In this document: one piece after another, positions 28,301 through 43,300 of the stretch
Layout of the letters: every line of letters starts with the position of its first letter
How positions within the stretch are numbered: position 1 is the first letter of the stretch
Source of the DNA: Malacoraja senta
Taxonomy: Eukaryota
Length of the DNA: 64,000 nucleotides
Assembly (NCBI GenBank): GCA_038087875.1
Contig: CM075982.1
Location: forward strand, 70,122,001-70,186,000
Direction of reading: 5' to 3'
Made by a program: the position numbers and the translations under genes
Notes under the pieces: generated by a model
What the model saw: the letters and a program-made list of their open reading frames with translations, nothing else
Database searches by the model: none
What the model was told of the DNA's origin: nothing

Positions 28301-31300
28301 AAGCATAAAAATAAGACATATAACATCAGGCCTGGCTGGAATCAGTATGTAGCTGAGTATCATGCTGAAGCCACTAAATCATGGGCTATAGCAGGTAGAC
28401 GCAGACAGGGGCCTGTGTTTGAGTACAAGAAGCTCATTAATGCAAGGTATAAGTATGCCATTCGCGTCATCTGTAAAAATAAGCAAGCTATGAGGGCAGG
28501 TTCCATGGCTAAAAAGCTGCTACACTGCTACTTATTTTTGGAAAGACGTGAGAGCTCTTAACAGTTGCAAAACATCTCTACCATACACTGTAGATGGAAT
28601 CTCCGGAACAGCGAATATCACGGAGTTATGGCGACAACATTATGGTACTTTATTCAACTGTGTCCAAGGTGACTTGTATAGGATGGACAATATTGAGAGT
28701 AATGACTCAATGATGATTATGTCACATGAGGTGTCTCATGCCATGAACAAGCTGTCCAACAACAAAGCAAGTGGCTTGGATCATATTTCTGCAGAACATC
28801 TTAAGTATGCGAGTACGAGGATAGCTCCTCTCCTTGCTATTTGTTTTACTGGCTTTATGATTCATGGCTTGTTACCAGACTCAATGTTGTCTGCTCTGTT
28901 AGTGCCAGTCATTAAGGACAAAGCTGGTAAAGTAGGTAGCCTAAATAATTACAGGCCCATAGCTTTAGTCAGCATATTGTCAAAAGTTTTAGAAAGAGTT
29001 CTGCTGGATAGAATAAATGAGTTTGTTAACTCCACAGATAACCAGTTTGGTTTTAAACTAAACATGGCACTGACATGCATATATGCCCTAAAGGAGATTG
29101 TAAACAAATATAGAGGCAAAAACTCTTCAATCCGTATGTGCTTTATTGATGCTTCCAAAGCCTTTGATCGTGTTAATCACAGAAAGCTGTTTGTTAAAAT
29201 GAGTCAAAGAGGGGTGCCTAAATACATTGTGAGAATTCTGGCCTACTGGTATGCCCACCAGACTATGCAAATAAAATGGGGCAATAGGGTCTCAGCCCCA
29301 TTTGGGGTTAGCAATGGTGTTGGACAAGGGAGAATTTTGTCCCCAGTCCTTTTTAATCTTTATATTGATGATCTGTCCAAACAATTGAAAGACTGTAATA
29401 CTGGGTGCATGATTGGTAATATTTTAGTGAACCATATTATGTATGCAGATGATCTTGTGGTCTTTAGTCCATCGAGCGCTGGTCTACAGCAGCTCCTTAC
29501 TATATGTTCTGTGTATGGTGTGGAACATGATATTAAATATAACGCTTGTAAGAGTGCTGTTATGATCTGTAGAACCAAAGAGGATAAATGTCTAAAATTT
29601 CCTGATTTTAAATTGTCTGACAATAATCATAGTGTCTGTAATAAGGTAAAATATCTTGGACATTTTATTACAGAACAAATGACAGATGATGAGGATATTT
29701 ATAGGCAACGACACATGCTGTATGTACAGGTGAATATTCTCTTGCTTAAGTTTGGTGCGTGTGCAGATGTGGTGAATATGTCGCTGTTTAGAGCATATTT
29801 CACACCACTCTATACCTGTGGTCAAACTATCGAAAGACATGTTTGCAGAGACTAAAGGTGTCATATAATGATGCCATGAGAACACTGCTAAGGAAACCTA
29901 GATGGTGTAGTGCTAGTAACATGTTTGTGGCTGCAGGAAATCGGTACTTTAGAAGCTATCACTAAGAAATCATATGTATAAATTAATCTGCAGGATAAAT
30001 GACTCTAAAAATGTAATTATTGTGGCCTTGTCAAACATAAGGTTTAGCACTACACGCGACGAATCCCAGTTGTGGAGACACTGGTATCGTTGTCTCGTTG
30101 TAGGACATTGATCATTCTTTTATTCTGGATTTTAATTCATGTATTGTGTTTTTTTTTAAATATATAATTTCTGATGCTTTTATAAGTGATATACTAAGAT
30201 TTTATATGTACTTTATGTTTTTTAATATGCAATGTATTTTTATGTAATGTTGTCCCTTGTCTGGTCCTTGAGTCCGAAATAAAGTTTATTATTATTAATA
30301 CTATTATTATCTACACTACTTGCCCCGCCACCTATTATCGTATCATCAGCAAACTTGGCCACAAAGCTTTCAATCCCCTCTTCCAAATTATTAATATACA
30401 ACGCGAAGAGTAACGGCCCCTAGCCCTGCTGAACTTGCTAGTCACTGGCAGCCCCTCTTTGCCTTCTGCCATCCAGCCGACCTCCTATTCCATGCTAGTA
30501 TCTGCTCTTTCATACCATGGGCTCTGATCTTCCTTAGCAGCCTCTCGTGTAGCACTTTATCAAAGACTTTCTGAAAACCTAAGTAAACGAATCTTTCCTT
30601 TTCTGTGTTGCTATTTACTTCTTCAAAGAATTCCAGCAAATTTGTCAGACAAGACCTCCCCTTTACAAAACCATGCTGACTTTCGCCTATTTTATCGTGA
30701 ACTTCTAAGTACTCGTAACCTCATCCTTTATAATGGACTCTAAAATCGTACCAACCACCAAAATCAAACTAGCTGGCCTATAATTCCCACTATTCTGCTT
30801 TGCTCCCTTCTTGTGCAGCGGGGTAATATTGGCAATTTTCCAATCATCTGGGACCACTCCTGACTCTCGTGATTCCTTAAAATATGACTATACAATGCCT
30901 TCAATCTCTAAAGCAACCTCTTTCAGAATCTGGTGTGGTGGATGTTTATGTTAACTTCATGTAGTGTGTGTGTCTTATTGCTTTTTTTTTTAGTATGGCT
31001 GTATTTCGCATATCACTATACCTAATTGGTACAGGTGACAATAAAAGATCTTTGAAATCTTTAAGCTTTGTATGAATAAATTCATCTATCTTTGTTACTG
31101 ACAGCTCTGCCAAAAGAAAATAGGTCAAGAAGTAGAATCTTACAGCATGTAAAATGGGCCTTTCAGCCCAGCATATCCATGCTGACCATTTTGCCCCATC
31201 AACACAAATTTCATTTCCCTGCAATGTGACTGGACCTATTTAGATGTCTAAGTTGACACCCACATCCGACTCCTATTCATTGTTCGCAACATCATAGCTC

Positions 31301-34300
31301 AACCAAACACATCTCCAAGCTCCTTGATCGAGGACAGAGCAGTCAGCTCTTCATCTGGATACTCAACACCCTGCAACATCGACCATGATCAGCAAAGATA
31401 GGCAACAACAAAAATGCTCCATAATAATTCTCAATACAATGCAAGAATGCAGTCGCAACCCTTTACTACACTCTCTATACACTCATGACTGAGCGGCCAG
31501 ACTCCGCTCGAACGCCATTTACAAGTTTGCAGATGACACCATTGAAGTGGGCCAGATCGTAAGCAGAGGCGAGACAGGAAGGAGATAAAGTGCTTGGTAC
31601 AATGGTGTCAGCAAAATTAAAGAGTTAGTCACCGACCTCAGGAACCAGGGTGGCATACATGCTCCAGTCACCATCAATGGTGTTGAAGCAGAGATCGTTG
31701 ATAGCTACATGTCCTTCAGCAGAAATATCACCAACCACATTGATGCAATAACCAACAAAGCACATGCCATTGCCTCTACTTTAGACAAAGGAAATTCTCT
31801 AATGATTCTTACCAATTTCTTTAGATATACCATAGAAAGCATCCTATCAGGATGTATCACGGCTTGGTTTGGAAACTGCTCTGCCCAAGGCCTCTTCCCT
31901 ATCAGTATCAGACTATTGAACAGGTCTCTCATAGGCCCGGGGTGTAGTCCCTATCTACCCTGCTGCGACACTTGCACTTTGTTGCCGAAACATTATATTC
32001 TATTGCCCTTGTGCATAGTTTGATTGTACTCATGAATGGTAGGATTTCCAACTAATCACCACCCAGCCATCACATACACCGATGCTGCTTGATTTGCTGA
32101 GGCCCTTCGGCAGGTTGCCTGTTGTTCTAAAATGAATTTGTTATCCTGAGCATCTACAACGTTGCAAAGTAAATCAGTCGGAATGAGAAAGGCAGTTTCC
32201 AAGTTGTGACAAGCCAATGCCCCGAAGCAGCTTCATACTTACTGGACTACAGTCACAGATTTGGTTCTGCCCATGCAGGACATGATTAGTAGAATGCTTC
32301 CTCCAAATCAGTTTATCAAACAGATTATTAAGTCCAGGAATAAGGCAAAATTCTGCCAGCATCTTGTGCACCTGAAAGAACCAGAGAAATGAGTGCTCAG
32401 CTGTTCTGTGGACCAATGAGCTCTTCTATGTTGCAGCATTCAGACCAAGCAGGAGAATCTCAGCACTAGTTTCCACTGGCTACCAGTCCAAATGTAAATT
32501 CCCAATTTTTGCTAAAAGACCGGTCACACAAATACAAAAGCAAATCAACTCAGCTTTAAAAAAACAAACCCAAATGAAACAAAGAGTGACAGTAGCTAAA
32601 AATGCAATTGTCGAGGCATCATCAACTACGAAATAAGGAAACTAACAAGGGTTTCCACACGACTCATTCAGTTATGGACACTGAAAAATACCTGAATGGA
32701 TTTTTCTCCCTGAAGACCAAACTCAATCGGGGCGATTATACTAAAGATCAGAGAGATACTCATCGTCTAACTGTATTGTCTAATATCAAGGGCCAGTAGT
32801 ACCCCTGGATTTGGGCTTTCATCAATGAGTTGTAAAATAAATTTTGGAAAATTAGAGAGACCTGCAGGAGTGTTTACCTTGGAAAAACAATACAAATATA
32901 TTGAACCTCAGGCTTCCACTGGGTGCTGCAAGAACCATTCTGGTTGTCTTGTTTCCCCAACCCGACCCTCGTTCATCTTCCTTTCTAATGTTGACCCAAT
33001 ACCACGATTGTAAATTTTAGTTCTGATTTTCTCACTTACCTGATTTCGTTGCCTTCCCATCAGCAGCACACATAACACATACAACACTTCCACTTTATAC
33101 ATGATCTCGTGCATGATCTTCATGGACTGTGGAAGCCGACTTCTTAGCTGGCTGGCAGCCAATACACTCTCATCTGCGGACTCTGAATGTAGAGAGTGAT
33201 AGTTACAAAAGGCCTAGGTGTGCAACCAACAAATTGCTTTGAGGGTTTGCGGAATATATTGTTGAAGTTGTTAGCTTTAAGTTCTAGATTTACTGTGATG
33301 TATGGTGTGCCTCAGGGTTCGGTGCTGGGCTCGTTACTGTGTCACCTATATCAATTATTTGGATGAGAATACACATGGCAAGATTAGCAAGTTTGGAGAT
33401 GATATAAAAGTGGGTGGTATTGCAGATGGTGAAGATGGTTGTTAAAAATTGCAGCAGGATCTTGATCGGTTGGCCATGTGGGCTGAGGAATAGTTGATGG
33501 CATTTAATAGAGAAAGGTAAGGTGTTGCATTTTGGGACGTCTAACCTGGGCCCTTGGATGAATGGAAGGCTCTGGGAAGTGCTATAGAGCATTGGGATCT
33601 AGGAGCGCAGGTACATAGTTTCTTGAAGGTGGAGTCGCAGGTGGAGAGTGTGGTCAAAAAGGCTTTTGGCACATTGGCCTTCATCAGTCAGTGTATTGAG
33701 TATAGAAGTTAGGAGGTCATGTTGCACTTACACAAGATGGTGAGGCAGCATTTAGAGTATTGTGTAGGAAGGAACTGCAGACAAAATGCTTGAGTAACTC
33801 AGCGGGACAGGCAGCATCTCGGGAGAAAGATTGGGTGACGTTTCGGGTCGAGACCCTTCTTCATACTCATGGGAAAGGGAAACGCAAGCTATAGACGATG
33901 ATGTAGAGATATAAAACAAATGAATGAAAGATATGCAAAAAAGTAACAATGATAAAGGAAACATAGTTAGCTGTTTGCTAGGTAAAAAAAAGCTGGTGTG
34001 ACTTGTGTGGGGGAGGGATGGAGAGACAGAGAATACAGGGGTACTTGAAGTTAGAGAAATCAAAATTCATACCCCTGGGTTGTAAGCTGCCCAAGCAAAA
34101 TACGAGATGCTGTTCATCCAATTTGCTTTTGGCCTCACTCTGACAATGGAGGAGGCCTAGGGCAGAAAGGTCAGTGTGGAAATGGGAAGGGGAATTAAAG
34201 TGTTTAGCAACCGGGAGATCAGGTAGGTCCATGCGGACTGAGCGAAGATATTGTGTTCAGTTCTGGGCACCATGTTATAGGAAAGATGTTGTCAAGCTGG

Positions 34301-37300
34301 AAAGGGTACAAAAAAGATTTACGAGAATGTTGCCAGGACTCATGGGTCTGTGCTATTGGGAGAGGTTGAGTAGGATGGGACTCTATTCCTTGGAGCACAG
34401 GAGGATGAGGGGTGATCTTATAAGAGGTGTACAAAATCATGGGAGGAATACATCTGCTGGAGTCTCTTGCCCAGAGTAAGGGAAATCGAGGACCAGAGGA
34501 CATAGGTTTAAGGTGAAGGGGAAAAGGTTTAATAGGAATCTGAGGAGTAACTTTTTCACACAAAGGGTGGTGGGTGTATGGAACGAGTTGCCAGAGGAGG
34601 TAGTTGAGGCAGGGACTATTCCATAATTGGACAGGTTTGGAGGGATATAGGACAAAGGCTGGCAGGTGGGACTAGCGTAGCTGGGACATGTTGGCCGGTG
34701 TGGGCAAGTTGGGCTGAAGGGCCCGCTTCCACGCTGTATGACTAAATCTTGATGCCCCATAAACATTCCTACACATTGCCAAACACTTCCCGCAGAGAGA
34801 AACAGGGATAATGTGTCTGATGGCTTTACATCAGAAATGGGAAATGCTTGAAATTAAAGTTTCAATGAAAAGTTTCAAAGAATGTTGAAAAGAACAAGTG
34901 AGAAGTCTTTACTGAGTTTGCACGTTCTCCCTGTGACCACAAGCGTTTTCTCCAGGTGCTCTGGTTTCCTCCCAGATTCCAAAGACGTGCAGGTTTGTAG
35001 GTTAATTGGCTTATGTAAATTGCCCCTAGAGTGTATGGCGCACTCGGTGGGCCGGAGGGCCTGTTTCCACACTGCATCTCTAAACTAAAATGTTTGCAGC
35101 AAGTGGCACAACTTAAGGGAAAATTTGATATTTAACAAAAAATGTAAGGATATACCGATATGATGTAATGAAGGGAAGAGACTGGAGGCTTGTGTGAAGT
35201 ATAATCATCACATGCATCAATGACATGTTACAGTTCTGCACATTCCAACAGTTATTATCAGAAACAGGGTATATGGTCAAAGAAACAGGCGCACCTGTGC
35301 TACTGCTTTGGTCAGTCTCTTCAGTGGCCATGTGTATTAAAGCATCGAGAACTAGTGCATTGTCTAGCCAGGTATACCATTCCTCGAGTTCCTGCAAGAA
35401 GTTTGAAGTGCCTGCTGTCTCAGAGACCTTCCGCGTTGCCAGTTTACATAATCGCTCGATGAAACCAGGAATATTCAAGAGGGTGACTAAATTGGGATCA
35501 AAATAAATCATACTTCAATGACAGAGGTACATTCTCCTGGTTATAGAATGGATTACATGTGCAAGAATAAAATAAGCAATGGTGAAAAATGAGCCTACCA
35601 ATCTAATGTTCCCAGGATATAATCCTGATAAAAAGAATCACTCCAATCAACAATTTTTAGGTAAATTACTAATGCAAATTTATCATTATTAGAGAGGGGA
35701 TCCAGTTTCTCACACAACATTGAACATCCTAAATTCTCCCAGAAGGATCTATGGTAGGTGACTGGAGTCATTAGGAAAAGAGTGAAAAGAAAATGAAGTC
35801 AATCTGCTATTGGCTCACGCAAAATGCTGCATCCCAACACTAAACCTGCGGCTGCAGAAATGAATCACTCTACCTTGGTTGATTTCTGCTCGTGATGGTC
35901 CTGCAGCTTTCTTCTGCTGTGCATTTTTGGCAAGCAGCGTGTGTTTGTCATCATTTCCCGTGTCCAGCTCAGAGATAGTCACCGAAAGAATCCGACAGAA
36001 ATTAGCGAGTTGCTGCTGGTCAAAACTAGCCACCAGATTTGTAAGGTTTGGAATATCCTCCAATTGGATCATCTCCTTGAAATTAAACAAGTCAATGCAA
36101 GGTAAGACTAATTCTAAACTATTTTCAAGTTTCTGATAATAAAAAAACCTAATCAATACAGAAATTCTAAATACTAAGGCACTAGAAAGTAACCCATGAC
36201 ATCAAGTAAACTAAAAATGCTTACTCGTATTTGCTTTTTTATCCAAATTAATGGGGCCAGGCAACCTAAGCCACCGGTGGCTGTCATTCCAACAACTCTG
36301 CACATCAATGCCCCAAAAGTTAGACTCAGGAGTCCAGGGTGGAGCAGGTCAGAGAAATTGAAGAAATATTCAGTGACTGTTTTTTACAACAGACACAGGA
36401 GGACTTCCTGAAATAGTGTACGATTGAAGGTCAGAAGTAAATGAGGTAATAGAATTGAACAAATTAGCATTACAAAATTAGTATTGGAGAAATTATTGGA
36501 ATGGAAAGTTATTAAATACACGACCTAATGACATGCATGAGGGGATCTTATAGAAACTTACAAAATTCTTAAGGGGTTGGACAGGCTAGATGCAGGAAGA
36601 TTGCTCCCGATGTTGGGGAAGTCCAGGACAAGGGGTCACAGCTGAAGGATAAGGGGGAAATCCTTTAAAACCGAGATGAGAAGAACTTTTTTCACACAGA
36701 GAGTGGTGAATCTCTGGAACTCTCTGCCACAGAGGGTAGTCGAGGCCAGTTCATTGGCTATATTTAAGAGGGAGTTAGATGTGGCCCTTGTGGCTAAAGG
36801 GATCAGAGGGTATGGAGAGAAGGCAGGTACGGGATACTGAGTTGGATGATCAGCCATGATCATATTGAATGGCGGTGCAGGCTCGAAGGGCCGAATGGCC
36901 TACTCCTGCACCTAATTTCTATGTTTCTATGTTTCTATGCATCCTTGGGTTTCAAAGTAGATAATAGGTGAAGAAGGGTCTGAAGAAGGGTTTCGGCCCA
37001 AAACGTTGCCTATTTCCTTCGCTCCATAGATGCTGCTGCACCCGCTGAGTTTCTCCAGCATTTTTGTGTACCTTAGATAATAGGTGAACTGGATGTCCAA
37101 TCCCAAATTGCTGAGTGTAAAATGGTTCTCACAGATGACCGAAAATACAACCCATTTTTAAAAAACAAGGAGAGAAAATCTTTAGAACACGGAACTTCAG
37201 ACAGTTGACTGACATAGAAGAAGCAGTCAGGTAGCAAGAGAACTCAGTACTGGCAAAAAACTATGAAAGAAATTCTCGGTCAAAAGAGGGCGTTGACATG

Positions 37301-40300
37301 GAGCTGATTGATCCGTCACTCTTGAATGGACGTCTCACGAGCTAAGGAAGTACTCCCAACCTTCAAACTACCTAATTGCAGACCGTGCACTTTTACAAAT
37401 CTGGATTTTCCCTGCAGCTGTAACACTATATTCTGCACTTTAAAAAAAACACCCACTTCCTGATGTACTCGTGGATAGTACAATTTACCTGGATTACCTG
37501 CAAAACGATTGTCTCGGTGTGTCAGAACATGTCACAATAATAACCAGTCACACTTTCCCTGAATGTGGCAATATAAATAGATAGGGTGGTACTTACTGGT
37601 GGTGTACGGCATGCTTGCCTTCATCAGTCAGGGTGTTGAATATACAAGTCGGTAAGTCACATTGCAGTCTTATAAATCTTTTGTTAGACCATATTGTGTG
37701 GAGTTTTGATCAGCTCAATTCAGAGAAGATGTGGAGTCTTTGGCGAGGGTGCAGAAGTGCTCACATGGGCTAGAGTGTATTAGCTCTCACGAGACGTTGG
37801 ACAAACTTGCATTGTTTTACCTGGAATGTTGGAAGCTGACGAGTGATTGGATAGATGTATATAAAATCCATGCAAGATGCAGAGATAGGGCAGATAGTTA
37901 AAGTCATGTAACCAATCAACTAATAAGTCTTTGGGATGTGAGGGGAAAGTGCAGCACCCAGAGAGAAGCTATGTAGTCATGGGAAGAACACGGTAATGGT
38001 CTTGGACAGCCCCTAAAGTCAGATGTAATCAGGTCTCCAGAGCTATGAGGCAGTGGTGCCAAGCACTTGGAAGAAGTATCTTTTTGATGAAGACGACCTG
38101 GAATTGAAAACGCAAGGCACTGATGTTCCAAATTTTGAGATTCTGGAGTTAGAGGGAGGCGGTGACAACATGCATCCAGATTAATCTCTAAACCATGGGC
38201 TAGAAAGGAGTAAAGATATCAGAAGATCATCATTGTTCTAAAACACAATATTTGTGAGTAACATACAGACCTTTTTAACTCCCAAGATATCCTCTATTAG
38301 TGTAGCTGTTTGCAAAAAGGTCTTCTTGTTTGTCATGAGTGTGAAGAGGAACAGTACAAAGTCATTCCTTTCTGAGAGGCGCTTCGTTACTCCATCAGTC
38401 TAAAAATAAGAGGACGCTGCATCATCTGCCTTGCAAGGATTTATAAAAAATTGGCATGTGGGAAGAGAGAGGAAGTAGGGATGACTCTTCAAAAAGGTTA
38501 CCATAGGCTTGATGACCCCAAAGGCATGCTGGAGCTTCCAGTTGTTAGCCATTTAACTTCCCTTTGCAGTCCCAAACCAATCTCGCTGTCGTTGGCCTCC
38601 TCTATTGCCAGAGTGACAACACACTCAACTGGGGGAACAGCACCTCATTTTGTACTTGGGCAGCTTACAACCCCTCTAACCTCCCCCCCCCCCCCGCCCC
38701 TTCCCTGAACCCTCCCTAACCCAACCATGCACACATATTTATCTCACCATCCTAGTCACCCCATTCCTTTCCTTTGTCACTCATCTCCCATCACTGAGGC
38801 CCAGATTTCCATTTTATTCCCTTTCTTTCCCCCTCCCTGTTCCCTTCCAGCCATATCCCCTCTCTAACTTTACATTGCACTCCTTCTCTTCCTTCCTTAT
38901 CTGACACCCTTTTGTCTTGTTTTCATCTCCAGCCTTTATCACTTACTCCACCCATTTTCTAATTAACCCCCTCACCTACATTTACCAATCACTTGCCAGG
39001 CTTTGCCCCCAAACCAGCTCTTTTCCAGTTTGCTCTTTCCACTCCATTAATCTAATGGATCCCAACTTGAAGCATCATCTGTTCAATCCTTCCACAGATG
39101 CTGCAGGACCCAAAGAGTTTCTCCAGTACTTTTTTGCTCAAGATTCTAGCATCTGCAGTTTCCAAAATGCAGAGTCTGTTCACTTGCACAATTAAATTAA
39201 AAAGAGGACCTTTTAAAGATAAATCTGCAATGTATATTTGTATGTATATTTACATCTTATCAACTTCAGTTTGGACCTCACATTACTCGAAGTGTGGAAA
39301 TTTACTGAGTATGACCACAAAATACATCAAATCTCACTTACGCAGATACAAGTGTTGTATAATATACTTAGGCAATCTTTTATCAAGTCTTCACTCACTG
39401 CAACATAAACAAAACAAAACAAAATGTAAGATTTGGCAAAGCTACCATTTAAACTTTAACATTTCACCATTTCTAAAAGCTTCCTTAACATAACAGTAAA
39501 AACAAGTGATCCAGATAGACAGGATCTGCAAAGTACAATTGAGCAATCTCCGTTCAATTTCAGTCCTATTGACATTAATGCCAATATTCCACCAGGTTCT
39601 TTTGAAAATTTTCGATAAAAATCTAGGGCCAGTTAGAGATTTATGCCCCTGAATCCAGAGTTCTTCCAGTTCATTTATTCTTTTTGGTTGTGAACACTAC
39701 ATTCGACTCCATTTGCTGCATTTCTGCCACTCACTTAATCTGCTTATGGTATTTTGTAACTTCCGTTAACTTATTGTGCCTAATGCGATTTACAGTTGTA
39801 GATATTTCTATGTCAGTTACCAGCGAAATGTTGATACATATTTGTAAATCCAGGCCAAAATAGAGCTAAATAGAGCCAAAATAAAGCAGAGGATTCATGC
39901 ACTCACTTGGCCCTTTGGTCAATTCTGTATAAGAAGCCACAGGCTGCTAGCTGGTGCCGGGAAGTCTAGGTCCCAGATCAGAACCTCAGATAGGGGAAGT
40001 CTAGGTATCTTTGTAATTGTTAGTATGTATGAGAATCTTGCAGAGGACCTCCAAAGTATTGTAAATGCATAAGTTTGATTGGATTTCTGCAAAGGGATTG
40101 TAAATAATGTTGCAAGACAGTTACCCTGCTGTTTGTTGATTGGCCAAATTGTTAAGCCCTAGCAGAATTGTTTTGTGTTCCAGGGTAAATGTTGCATTAT
40201 TCAGTTAACCAGACTTCCTTCCAGAAGCTTCTGTAAGAAACAGTGTTTAAGACTCTGTAATTGGATTGGGAAACTGTCAATAATGTATTGATGTAATTGA

Positions 40301-43300
40301 TATGTTTGATTGGATTATAAGGGGACCACCCCTATGTAGTTTGGCCCCTCAAGGTTCGTGGACCTATAAAAGGTAGCCCCTTTTGGATCGGTGTCGATCT
40401 TCTGGAAGGGCGCTTTGGATTGCATGACCTTTTGGGCAGTGTCTGCTTGCATGAGTCTGAAGGGCTTGGCCAGGTAGTGACAAGGATCGAACCTGCGGTG
40501 GTTTAGGTATCGTTTCGGGGAATTTGCTGTTCATTCTAAAAATAAAGATTAGTTGGTCCAGTGCTTGATTCAGTGTTTTTTACTGAACTAGACTAAGGGG
40601 GGGAGGGGGTAAGCTTTAGGAGTGTATTTACATATTCCTCTACATACCTTTGAGTGTTTACCTAATTCCACCAATTAAGATATCACCTATTGCCCAAAGT
40701 TCAATCCATTTGCTAGTTACAGCCAATTGTATGCACTCACAATTTTGCTGAACGATAGCCAGAATGACCCACACGCTCACATACATCGATCACCATCTGT
40801 TTCAAGAACTTTATTTTCCAAAATCAGATTCAATTCAAATTTTGATGCCCCTGCTATACCTTCCCTTTAGTTACATTTTCAGATCTACATTGTGGGTGAA
40901 AGGATAAATGAGCAATATGCCCTAGTGTTGCTGATGTGCAGAGCGAGAAGGCTCACAAATTTGTTTTGCTTTTCCTGTCCCCAAGGCAGCATTTCACTGC
41001 ATATTGGCAAAGAAAGGGCATAAAATGCCAGCCTTGCCAGCAAACTCCATAATCACACATACCTATAAAATTAAACATTCAGCAATGCATTATTGGTGGA
41101 TGATGCTGTGATTAAGCCAGAGGTTAAAATTTATTTAGCATGAACGTTTAATAACACAGTACTTACTTTTCTGCTTCTTTTTCTGTGGTGCAAGTGTTGG
41201 CCGCATGAGGATTTCAACTAAAAGCTGTAAAAGAAAGCAGCATGGAACATTATTGAAACAATGGCTCCAAGAGCTACCACAAACAGAGAATAAAAAGATC
41301 TTCTGTTTATTAATAACAGCTCTCCAAGGGCTAAAGGAGACAAAAAATGGACCTGAAGGATTATAAATGATTTAAGGGCATCAACGTGAAATGTTATCCA
41401 TCTCCACTGATGCCGCTCGACAGGCTAAGTATTTCCTGTCGAGCGGCATCAGTTTAGAGATGCAGCATGGAAATATGCTCTTCAGCCCACCAAATCCATA
41501 CCAACCATTTAATTTTCATCCTGCACTCAAACAATTTTCCATCCCGCACTCAAATTCACTTGGACCAATTTCCATCCTGACACGGTCGTGCAGCGGTAGA
41601 GTTGCTGCCTTACAGCGAATGCAGCGCCGGAGACCCGGTTTCGATCCCGATTACGGGTGCTGTCTGTACAGAGTTTGTACGTTCTCCCCGTGACATGCGT
41701 GGGTTTTTTCCGAGATCTTCTGTTTCGAAAGACGTACAGGTTTGTAGATTAATTGGCTTGGTAAATGTAAAAATTGTCCCTAGTGGGTGTAGGATGGTGT
41801 TAATGTGCGGGGATAGTTGGTCGGCGTGGATCCGGTGGGCCGAAGGCCCTGTTTCCGTGCTGTATCTCTAAACTAAACTCGAATTCACTTGGACCATCTC
41901 CGATACCACCCTCCCCTTTCGTGATCTCACCGTCTCCATCACAAGAGATAGAATATCGACTGATGTCGATTATAGACCTACTGACTCCCGCAGCTATCTA
42001 GACTACACTTCCCATCCTGCCTCCCCCCCCAATTGCAACAGGGCAGAGTCCCCCTAGACCTCACCTTTCACCCTCTCAGCCGTCATAACCGTCACCCATA
42101 CAGCACATAACCCTCCGAACTTTTCGCCGCCTCCAACAGGATCTACCACATCTTCCCATTTCCACAGAGACTGTTCCCTCCCAACTCCCTGGTTAATTCG
42201 TCCCTTCCCACCAAACCACCCCCTCCCCAGGCACCTTCCCCTGCAACCGCAGGAGATGCAACACCTGTCCCTACACACCTCTCAACTCTGTCCAGGCAGG
42301 TGAGGCAGAGGTTCACTTGCACCTCCTCCAACCTCATCTACTATGTCAGCTGCTCCAGGTATGGACTCTTACATAACGGCAAGACCCAGCGCAGACTCGG
42401 CGGTCGTTTTGCTGAACATCTTCGCTCTGTCATCCTCTGCCTATTTGACCAAAAAAAATTAACTCCCTATTCCCACACTGACCTTCCTTCTACATTGTCA
42501 GTGAGACCAAACGTAAATTGGAGGAATTGCATCTCATATTTCACTTGGGCAGCTTACAACCCAGCATTATGAATGTTGATTTCTCTAACTTCACGTAATG
42601 CTTGCATCCTCTCTCTCTCCGTCCCTCCCCCAGCCAGTTGTCGCCACTTTCAAGTCAAGTTACTTTTATTTTTATAGCATATTTAAAAAACAACTCTCGT
42701 TGACTAATTTACATTGGTGGAGGTACTAACGTTATACAACATTGGTTCAAAGTCGTACTAGTTTTACTGTCGTCCTGTTGAGTTCCTGTCGGTATACTCA
42801 TTATCGCCCAAGATAGACATAAATACTGGAGTAACTCAGCGGGATAGGCAGCATGTCTGGATAGAAGGAATAGGTGACATTTCAGGCTGAGTCCATTCTT
42901 CAGACTTCACCCATTCCTTCTATCCAGAGATGTTGTCTGTTCCACTGTGTTAGTCCAGCATTTTGTGTCTATGTTCGGTATAAACGAGCATCTGCAGTTC
43001 CTTCCTACTACACATTATCACCTATCGCACAGCCAACAATAGCTTATTGTGTGCCCCACATTTCCTTGATATCGTTGCTTTTTGCATATCTTCCATTCAT
43101 TTCCCCTAGGTACTGTCTATATCTCTCGCTCCCCTTTCCCCTGACTCTCAGTCTGAAGAAGGGTCTCAACCCAAAACATCTATTCCTTTTCTCCAGAGAT
43201 GCTGCCAGACCCGCTGACTTACTCCAACCTTTTGTGTCTGTCTTTGGTTTAAACCAGCATCTGCAGTTCCTCCCTACACAACTAACCATCAACCACCTCA

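Noticed and set aside
41579-41650. tRNA gene
   Set aside because: The tRNA-like head runs directly into a SINE body and tail and lacks a complete cloverleaf.
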